Below, in pieces: positions 57,131-64,000 of a stretch of DNA of 64,000 bases. Each line of letters opens with the position of its first letter. The first letter of the stretch is position 1. Under the pieces are notes generated by a model. It was not told where the DNA came from. It did no database searches and worked only from the letters and a program-made list of their open reading frames with translations. Source of the stretch: an uncultured Pelagibacteraceae bacterium (GTDB lineage: Bacteria > Pseudomonadota > Alphaproteobacteria > Pelagibacterales > Pelagibacteraceae). The position numbers and the translations under genes are program-made. The stretch lies in the NCBI GenBank assembly GCA_902554765.1, contig CACDPY010000003.1, positions 1,175 to 65,174 of the forward strand, given 5' to 3'.

Positions 57131-58029
57131 TATTTTAAGTACTCTCTTTTTCTAGAAAGTTTAAATCTTCTGTAAACAAGAATTAAAACTAACAATAAAA
57201 ACACCGATCCTATTCTAAATTCTGTACCTAAAATATAATCTGCAAACTCTTCAAATACTCCAAGGCCCATGCCTGACATTGCAACACCGGGTAAATTTCC
57301 CAAACCAGCAACAATGACAATCATAAATGAACGAATTGTGTAAGGTAATCCCATGTAAGGATGTATTGTAAATGTTATAGAGATTAATGCCCCCGCAACA
57401 CCACATAAAGCAGCATTAATTCCAAAGGTAGCAGCATAGACTTTTTCTGTATCTACTCCTAATATTTTTGCAGCTCTTGCATTTTGAGCAGTTGCCCTGA
57501 TTGCACGACCAAGCTTAGATTTCTTCATGTAAATTACTAAACAAATTGCAAATACTATACTTACAAATGCTGAGAATATTTTTGAATTTGGTAATGTAAC
57601 ATTGTTATCAAACAACATAGTTGTACCATAGCCAGAATTCGCTAAAACAACATCTGCACCAAATGCAAAGTTCATTAATTGCATAAATAAAATACTTATT
57701 CCAAATGTAGCAAGAATTGAGATGAATAAGTCTCTATCAACAACTTTATTAATTACTAACTTATAAATTCCAACTCCAACAAAATACATTATGATTGGTG
57801 ATACAATAACTCCCCAAGCAGGATGTATTCCGTAGAGATACATGAAGTAAGCAATATAACCTCCAAGAATAACCAAATCACCTTGAGCTATATTTATTAT
57901 ATTCATAACTCCCCACTGCAAAGCCATGCCGTAAGCAATCAATGCAAATAAAATACCAAGTAGCAATCCGTCCAAACAAGCTTGAACCGTAATCATTGGA
58001 TATTGGAAAACCATGAAATCCATAATCAA
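57130..58029 (-). CDS. LivH-like ABC permease
   Basis: GV..IIN.AQG, GRAIRA..QN..AA...G. Confidence 0.88.
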   Translation of the reverse strand: MIMDFMVFQYPMITVQACLDGLLLGILFALIAYGMALQWGVMNIINIAQGDLVILGGYIAYFMYLYGIHPAWGVIVSPIIMYFVGVGIYKLVINKVVDRDLFISILATFGISILFMQLMNFAFGADVVLANSGYGTTMLFDNNVTLPNSKIFSAFVSIVFAICLVIYMKKSKLGRAIRATAQNARAAKILGVDTEKVYAATFGINAALCGVAGALISITFTIHPYMGLPYTIRSFMIVIVAGLGNLPGVAMSGMGLGVFEEFADYILGTEFRIGSVFLLLVLILVYRRFKLSRKREYLK

Positions 58030-58034
58030 CCTTT

Positions 58035-58069
58035 AAAAAAAAATACCCCCTAGGATTTAGGGGGTATTT
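58035..58069 (-). terminator. Terminator/stabilising hairpin after the Liv-type SBP gene
   Basis: 12-bp perfect stem AAATACCCCCTA/TAGGGGGTATTT, with A-run on the left. Confidence 0.82.
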
Positions 58070-58080
58070 ATAGATTTGTT

Positions 58081-59319
58081 TTATCTTTCAGACCACTTAG
58101 GAATTGGATGAATTAACTTAGCTGAAGCCCATTTAGTTGGAGCTACAACTTTGTTTTCACATTTTCCTGAGCCATCACACATTACTTGGAAAAGTACCAT
58201 AGGCTTGTCAACGTTCTGACCACCTGGGGCAAATTTAATATTTCCATAGAATGTTTGCATGTTAGTCGCTGCAAGAGCATCTCTTACTTTCTTTTTATCA
58301 AAAGAATTAGCTCTCTCAAAAGCATCTTTAAAAACTAATAAAGCTGCAGATGATTCTGCTGACTGATAAGGCGGATCATACTTGAACTTCTTCTCAAAGT
58401 CTTTTGCATATTTTTTACCTGATCCAAAGAATTTATCTTTGTAAGTTAATGATTTATGCCACTGAGAAGCACAAAGAGCGTACTGTGAATTTTTACCATG
58501 TTGTTTTGATAATTTTGCAGCATCACAATGTGTCATTGCCAACATTGGGACATCTACTTTCATTTCAGCGATTTGTCTGATTGCAGTTAATGCACCTTTT
58601 GTATGACCTGAAACAACAAGAACATCAGGCTTCATTTGTTTTACTTTAACTAATGTAGCAGCCATATCATTTAGCTCTTTTGGTAATTTATCATCAATTA
58701 CTTTTTTAGAACCTGTTCTTTTAATTGCATCTAAAACTCCCAATCTTACATCTTGAGAAAATGCATCTTGTTCAAAAGCCATAGCAACAGTTACTGGTTT
58801 CCCATTATTCTTTTCTACTGCTAAATCAATAGCAACATCGAGATACAAATTAGCTGGAGCTAAAACTGCAAATAGATATTTGTAACCTTTAGTAAACAAA
58901 GATCTAGAAGCACCGTTTGCCTCAACCATTGGTACACCATATTTTTCTGTAACAGGCGCAATTGCTTTTGTTAAACCTGAACTGTATGGCCCAAGCATAA
59001 ACTCAACACCATCTTGAGAAATTAATCTTTCTGCAAGCTGTGCGGCTCTTTTTGGGTTTGATTCATCATCATAATAAATAATATCAAACTTATAAGTTTT
59101 TCCACCAACTTTTACTCCACCCATTTTGTTTATTCTCTCAACAGCTAAATTATATCCGTTTTGAGTATGAACACCATTAGATGAATATTTTCCAGTTAAT
59201 GAAATTGCAGCACCAAGAACAATTTTATCACCAACTACTTTTGAAAATGATACAACAGAAGTTGAAAGTAAAATTGCTATTGCAGAAATAAAACTTAAAA
59301 TTAATTTATTTAGTTTCAT
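58081..59319 (-). CDS. Liv-type ABC substrate-binding protein
   Basis: Signal peptide, SLTG, IN..GGV, YDDES, LGPYSS. Confidence 0.88.
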   Translation of the reverse strand: MKLNKLILSFISAIAILLSTSVVSFSKVVGDKIVLGAAISLTGKYSSNGVHTQNGYNLAVERINKMGGVKVGGKTYKFDIIYYDDESNPKRAAQLAERLISQDGVEFMLGPYSSGLTKAIAPVTEKYGVPMVEANGASRSLFTKGYKYLFAVLAPANLYLDVAIDLAVEKNNGKPVTVAMAFEQDAFSQDVRLGVLDAIKRTGSKKVIDDKLPKELNDMAATLVKVKQMKPDVLVVSGHTKGALTAIRQIAEMKVDVPMLAMTHCDAAKLSKQHGKNSQYALCASQWHKSLTYKDKFFGSGKKYAKDFEKKFKYDPPYQSAESSAALLVFKDAFERANSFDKKKVRDALAATNMQTFYGNIKFAPGGQNVDKPMVLFQVMCDGSGKCENKVVAPTKWASAKLIHPIPKWSER

Positions 59320-59408
59320 TTTATTCCTTTGGTTAATTAATTAATTAAAACATGATTAAATAAAGAAATTAAATACTTTTCAAGTGGCAAAACATCTTTT
59401 GACTTATA

Positions 59409-60023
59409 TTAATAATGTTGTGTAACAATAATTATAACGGCAATAATAATTAAAACACTCGCTGAGATTGTATTAATTGTTTTTGGATTTGCTTTAATCC
59501 ACAAAATTAATTTTTGTGCAAGCAATGCATAACCAATCAAAGATAAAAAATCTAAAACTATATAAGTTGTTATTAAAATAAAGAATTGAACAATATAATT
59601 TGAATTAAAGTCAATAAACTGTGGAAATATTAAAGGAAAAAACAACCAGGCTTTAGGACTTGTACCTGCAACTAAAAAACCATCTTTAAAAAAAGAAAAA
59701 AAACTTTTCGATGTAATTATTTTTGAATTTATATTTTTCGGTGAAGACTTATAAACATCATAAGCCAGATAAAATAAATAAATTACACCAATCCACTTAA
59801 AAAAATTTAAAAAACTAGGGTTATCAGAAAAAAAAGTGCCTAAAACAAAGATAACTAAGGTTGCTTGGGTAAAATTAGCTGTAACATCTCCAAATGCAGT
59901 CCAAATACAATTTCGAACTCCATAATTCATTGAATAAGAAACAATCACAACTCTAGGAGTGCCAGGAGTAATGAAGAGGAAAATTATAATTTGTAAAAAA
60001 AGAATAAAATCCAGGGGAAGCAT
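59409..60023 (-). CDS. LysE/RhtB family translocator
   Basis: TPG.P, KWIG..YL.YL, F..GF.V...SPK...FF...FPQF. Confidence 0.87.
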   Translation of the reverse strand: MLPLDFILFLQIIIFLFITPGTPRVVIVSYSMNYGVRNCIWTAFGDVTANFTQATLVIFVLGTFFSDNPSFLNFFKWIGVIYLFYLAYDVYKSSPKNINSKIITSKSFFSFFKDGFLVAGTSPKAWLFFPLIFPQFIDFNSNYIVQFFILITTYIVLDFLSLIGYALLAQKLILWIKANPKTINTISASVLIIIAVIIIVTQHY

Positions 60024-60025
60024 AT

Positions 60026-60081
60026 AAAAAAAAGATAGTCCTTAAAAACCGGGAGCTAAAGATGGCTAAGAAGGACTATCT
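60026..60081 (-). ncRNA. Structured RNA hairpin with U-tract upstream of LysE/RhtB (likely the SAR11 rhtB RNA motif)
   Basis: 11-bp perfect stem AGATAGTCCTT/AAGGACTATCT, inner AGCC/GGUU stem, 7-U tract; extended -10 TGATATACT at 60087-60095. Confidence 0.65.
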
Positions 60082-60143
60082 AGATCAGTATATCAGATCC
60101 TAAAAAAAATGCATTATCGATTTTTTTCAAATATAAAGGATTT

Positions 60144-60440
60144 ATGAAAAAAAAAGGTCACAGGCCTGTAACCAAAGTCAAAAATCCTGAGCCAAATTTG
60201 GAAAGTCCAGATTGGGTTGTCTGGGCAGCCTGGGCAGATAGGATTACTTTTGAGGAAATAGAAAAAAAAACTGGTTACCGAGAATCTGATGTTATCAAAA
60301 TTATGAGAAGAACTCTTAAGCCATCCTCTTTTCGTTTATGGAGAAAAAGAGTTCACGAAAAAAGTATAAAACACAGAAAAAAATTTGAATATTCTAGAAA
60401 ACAAATGTCTAGTAAAATAAAAAAAGGTGATTACATATAA
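60144..60440 (+). CDS. TIGR03643 (DUF2805) family protein
   Basis: AWADRITFEEI...G..ESDVIK.MR..LK.SSF.LWRKRV. Confidence 0.85.
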   Translation: MKKKGHRPVTKVKNPEPNLESPDWVVWAAWADRITFEEIEKKTGYRESDVIKIMRRTLKPSSFRLWRKRVHEKSIKHRKKFEYSRKQMSSKIKKGDYI

Positions 60441-60443
60441 ACT

Positions 60444-60698
60444 ATGAAAAAAATAACTATCTATACTGGACCACTTTGTAATTATTGTGATGCTGCGAAA
60501 AGATTATTAACTAGAAACAACGCCTCTTACAATGAAATTAACATTGCATCAGTAGAGGGAGCAATGGATGAAATGATAAAGAAAGCAAACGGAAAAAGAA
60601 CAATACCACAAATTTTTTTTGATGATCAACACATCGGTGGTTACGATGAGATAAGAGCTTTAGAAAAAGAAAATAAGTTACAAGATCTTTTAAAATAA
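60444..60698 (+). CDS. grxC: Glutaredoxin 3
   Basis: CNYC active site, TIPQIF, IGGYD. Confidence 0.9.
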   Translation: MKKITIYTGPLCNYCDAAKRLLTRNNASYNEINIASVEGAMDEMIKKANGKRTIPQIFFDDQHIGGYDEIRALEKENKLQDLLK

Positions 60699-61031
60699 AA
60701 CATAATAAATAACCCAAAAAATTAAAGTATATTCAAAAAAACTTTTGAATAGTTTAATTTTTTGCTCATCAAATCTTTGATAAACAAATTTTTTTGAGAA
60801 ATTAAATGCCAAATTGACCAACAAAATGCTAATTATTATACCAATAATACTAAATTTAATTGAAAAATTTTTATAACCAAAATAACAAGCGGCAATTAAA
60901 GTTAACCAAGAAACTTTTGTAATAAAAATTTTAAATATGATACCAGTTTTTTTACTAAATACTGATTGTGTTTTTATTATTGAATAAGACCAAATAACTC
61001 CAATTAGAAAACTGATATACTTAATAATCAT
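60690..61031 (-). CDS. Hypothetical membrane protein
   Basis: Hydrophobic, 3-4 TM; overlaps the msrB stop. Confidence 0.65.
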   Translation of the reverse strand: MIIKYISFLIGVIWSYSIIKTQSVFSKKTGIIFKIFITKVSWLTLIAACYFGYKNFSIKFSIIGIIISILLVNLAFNFSKKFVYQRFDEQKIKLFKSFFEYTLIFWVIYYVLF

Positions 61032-61402
61032 TATTTTTTTGGTTTAAAAACTAAACAAACTCCATTGTTACAATATCTTTTACCAGTTGGTTGTGGACCA
61101 TCATCAAAGATATGACCATGATGTGCATTACAATTTTTGCAATGATATTCTGTACGAGCATAGCCAATTAAATGATCTGTTTTTGTCTCAAAAACATCAG
61201 GTAGTGACTGAAAGAATGATGGCCAACCAGAACCACTTTCATATTTTTTTTGAGATTCAAATAATTTGATACCACAGTTTGCACAATGATAACTTCCTTC
61301 TCTCTTTTCATTATTTAATTCACTTGTACCAGGAGCCTCCGTACCGTCCTCAAACATAATTAATTTTTGTTCAGCTGTAAGATTTGTATTTTTTTTATTC
61401 AT
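61031..61402 (-). CDS. msrB: Peptide-methionine (R)-S-oxide reductase
   Basis: GTE.P, CxxC twice, GWPSF, H.GHIF.DGP, RYC.N. Confidence 0.95.
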   Translation of the reverse strand: MNKKNTNLTAEQKLIMFEDGTEAPGTSELNNEKREGSYHCANCGIKLFESQKKYESGSGWPSFFQSLPDVFETKTDHLIGYARTEYHCKNCNAHHGHIFDDGPQPTGKRYCNNGVCLVFKPKK

Positions 61403-61405
61403 TAA

Positions 61406-62302
61406 TTATAATAATTTAGCACATGATTGATGTAAAAAAGAGTGTAATTCAACAAGCTTAACGAAATCCTTATTATATCCTCCACCTAAAACACCGCATA
61501 AAGGAATGCCTTTAGAAAAAAAATTTTGTGTAACTAATTCATCTCTTTCTTTAATTCCATCATCTGAAATTTTTAATTTTCCTAAACGATCATTAAAATG
61601 AATATCAACACCTGCTATGTAAAAAATATAATCAAAATTCTCTTTATTTAATTGATTTAAATATAACTTTAAAAGTTTTATATATTGCTTATCTTCCATA
61701 TTATCATCAAGCTCAACATCAAGATCACTTATCGATTTTTTTGCTGGATAATTTGACTTGGAGTGCATACTAAAAGTAAATACATTTCTATTATTTTTGA
61801 ATATATCAGAGTTGCCATTTCCCTGATGAACATCTAAATCAACAATTAGAATTCTGCCGGCTAATCCACGATCAAGCAAATATTGAGCAGCTACTGCTAC
61901 ATCATTGAATATACAATATCCAGCACCGCCCTCAAAGTTTGCATGATGACTGCCTCCAGCAGTATTACAAGCAAGACCATTTTTGATTGCAAGTTTTGAA
62001 GCTAAGACTGTTCCTCCTGTTGCAGTAAAGGATCTTTGAACAACGCTATCTACTAGAGGAAATCCAATTTTCTTAACACCATTTTTATCTAAAGTCTTAT
62101 TTTTAATATTTTTTATGTAATTCTCAGAATGAGCTCTTCTTAAAGTTTCTTCTGAACATGGATAAGGTTTGTGGAAATTATTAACTACTTTATTCTTAAT
62201 CAAATAATTTGCTAGTTCTCCAAATTTTTTAATTGGAAATTTATGATCATCACCAATTTTTGCAAAATAATCTTCGTGGTTAACGATTGGAAGAGATGGC
62301 AT
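61406..62302 (-). CDS. Histone deacetylase family protein
   Basis: HKFP, GGSHHA, GYC..ND, DLDVHQGNG, GGGY. Confidence 0.92.
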   Translation of the reverse strand: MPSLPIVNHEDYFAKIGDDHKFPIKKFGELANYLIKNKVVNNFHKPYPCSEETLRRAHSENYIKNIKNKTLDKNGVKKIGFPLVDSVVQRSFTATGGTVLASKLAIKNGLACNTAGGSHHANFEGGAGYCIFNDVAVAAQYLLDRGLAGRILIVDLDVHQGNGNSDIFKNNRNVFTFSMHSKSNYPAKKSISDLDVELDDNMEDKQYIKLLKLYLNQLNKENFDYIFYIAGVDIHFNDRLGKLKISDDGIKERDELVTQNFFSKGIPLCGVLGGGYNKDFVKLVELHSFLHQSCAKLL

Positions 62303-62310
62303 AGTTTAGT

Positions 62311-63006
62311 TTAAGAAATTTTTTTTTTAAAGATAAAGGAATATTTGTTTTTCCAAATTATCTTATAATTTTTGTTAATTAAAAATTTATAAATTCTATT
62401 TTTTTTAAAATACACTTTATCATCTTTATAAATTAAGTTTTGATTGTGAATTTCAACTGAAATTACTTTTGGTTTATATTGTTTAAAATTTATTGATCTT
62501 AAAACATTTAATTCTTCCCCCTCAACATCGATTTTTAAAAGATCAATATTTTTATTTTGTTTATAAAATTTTTTTAGAAAATAATTCAAAGTATTCACAT
62601 TAACTATTCCTGTATTGAATCCATTTTTGAAATGTATTTTTGCAATATTTTTATCTAACGTATTAAGCATATTTATTTTTTTTCTATAATATATTTTTTT
62701 GGACCCTTTTTTATTTGAAATCCCACACCAAATATTTTTATCTTTTTTTCTATAAAAATTAAAAAGTTCAATAGAAAAGGGGCTTATATCAAAATTTATT
62801 CCATTCCAGCCTTTTTTGTAAAGAAGATAGGTATTATTACCAGATAAAGGATGATAGCAACCAACATCTACATAAAAACCTTTTTTTTGATTTTTGAAAT
62901 AATTATTAAGAAATATATCTTCTCCAAGTAATGAATAACTTTTTTTAGGAAAAAAAATTTTTGGCCGATAAAATAAATAATAAAAATATCTTAAATATTT
63001 TATCAT
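62311..63006 (-). CDS. FkbM family methyltransferase
   Basis: YVDVG..HP, KIDVEG.E. Confidence 0.85.
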   Translation of the reverse strand: MIKYLRYFYYLFYRPKIFFPKKSYSLLGEDIFLNNYFKNQKKGFYVDVGCYHPLSGNNTYLLYKKGWNGINFDISPFSIELFNFYRKKDKNIWCGISNKKGSKKIYYRKKINMLNTLDKNIAKIHFKNGFNTGIVNVNTLNYFLKKFYKQNKNIDLLKIDVEGEELNVLRSINFKQYKPKVISVEIHNQNLIYKDDKVYFKKNRIYKFLINKNYKIIWKNKYSFIFKKKIS

Positions 63007-63956
63007 TTTTTAATTAATCGTATTGGCTTTCCGTCTGCACATGATTCTAATGCTTCAATCATTTGATTATAAAACATATTATAATTTTCAGCTGTAACAT
63101 ATCCAATGTGAGGAGTTAAAAGTGCATTAGGTAAAAATCTTAATTTATTATTTTCTGGCAAAGGTTCTTTTTCATAAACATCTAGTCCAGCACCCGCTAT
63201 TTCGTTTGTGGATAAAGCTATTATCAAATCTTCCTCGTTAATTATGGGGCCTCTTGAGGTATTGATTAAAAAAGAGGTTTTTTTCATTTTATCCATTTCT
63301 TTCAAGGTTATGCAATTTTTATATCTTTCTCCTCCTTGAACATGTATTGATAAAAAATCTGAATTTTTAATTAGATCATCTTTACTACAAGGAAGGACAT
63401 CTAGTTCTTTACATTTATCTAAATTTAGATTTTCACTCCATGCTATAACTTGCATTCCAAAAGCTTTTCCGATTTGAGCAACTTGTGAACCGACTCTTCC
63501 TAATCCCATTAGGCCAAGAATTTTTCCCTTAAGATCAATACCTACTGTCGTTTGCCAATAACCTTGATACATATTATCTATTTCTTCTTTTAAATTTCTT
63601 GCTAATCCTAATATTAAAGCCCAAGTTAATTCTGGTGTTGGATGAATATTTATATCTGTTCCACAAACAGTGATTTTTTTTTTCTCAGCAGCATCTAAAT
63701 CTATTGAGTTATTTCTTGAACCACTTGTGATTATGAATTTTAACTTTTTAAGACTATTAATTAAGTTTTTAGTCATAGGAGTTCTCTCACGCATTATTAA
63801 TAATGCCTCAAAATCTACTAGTTGATTGATAGCGTCTGTTTCATCTATGAAAGGTTTGCTAAAAATTTTAAATTCGTACTTTCCAGATAGTTTTTTTAAA
63901 TCAACAAACTGTTGAGAAACATTTTGATAATCATCTAAAATTGCAACTTTAAGCAT
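63003..63956 (-). CDS. D-2-hydroxyacid dehydrogenase family protein
   Basis: MRERT, GLGRVG, NTSRG, DVYEKEP, TPHIGY. Confidence 0.9.
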   Translation of the reverse strand: MLKVAILDDYQNVSQQFVDLKKLSGKYEFKIFSKPFIDETDAINQLVDFEALLIMRERTPMTKNLINSLKKLKFIITSGSRNNSIDLDAAEKKKITVCGTDINIHPTPELTWALILGLARNLKEEIDNMYQGYWQTTVGIDLKGKILGLMGLGRVGSQVAQIGKAFGMQVIAWSENLNLDKCKELDVLPCSKDDLIKNSDFLSIHVQGGERYKNCITLKEMDKMKKTSFLINTSRGPIINEEDLIIALSTNEIAGAGLDVYEKEPLPENNKLRFLPNALLTPHIGYVTAENYNMFYNQMIEALESCADGKPIRLIKK

Positions 63957-64000
63957 TTTTAATTTCTTTGTTAGATAAAAATAATCCTAATATAATTAAA

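Noticed and set aside
2328-61269. Numerous 60-100 aa ORFs in the track that overlap larger genes
   Set aside because: Nested in well-supported CDSs, in antisense or alternative frames, mostly with non-ATG starts and no RBS
1-64000. CRISPR array, tRNA/rRNA, IS, integrase or defence system
   Set aside because: No spaced direct repeats, no GC-rich RNA-gene blocks, and no transposase, integrase or nuclease motifs seen by eye

Overview
Very AT-rich, densely coding alphaproteobacterial chromosome segment with tiny intergenic spaces and frequent stop/start overlaps. Gene content and order (fhs, tmoX/tdm, glnT/glx/amt, acnA, potABCD-like, glaH/csiD, liv-like, rhtB-like LysE, grxC, msrB) are typical of a streamlined Pelagibacterales (SAR11) genome; this is an inference. 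I see no rRNA, tRNA, CRISPR array, IS or prophage. The window is dominated by one-carbon, methylamine and osmolyte catabolism. It holds (i) TMAO uptake and TMAO demethylase, followed by an operon with a FAD oxidoreductase, a second non-canonical glutamine-synthetase-family ligase, GlxBCD-like subunits and an atypical Amt, which is a candidate for dimethylamine turnover without a DMA monooxygenase; (ii) a luciferase-like monooxygenase/DUF1185/hydrolase/aldehyde dehydrogenase operon resembling the Acinetobacter trigonelline (Tgn) pathway, preceded by an unusually long structured leader; (iii) an ectoine-hydrolase-like/racemase/ArgE/diaminopropionate ammonia-lyase set; (iv) a Liv-type ABC system linked to glutarate dioxygenase. 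Non-coding and unannotated items include a promoter-hairpin-U-tract RNA upstream of the LysE gene (probably the SAR11 'rhtB' motif), private promoter/terminator pairs around solute-binding-protein genes, and two small membrane ORFs missing from the ORF track. All family assignments come from motif recognition and recall, not from database searches.
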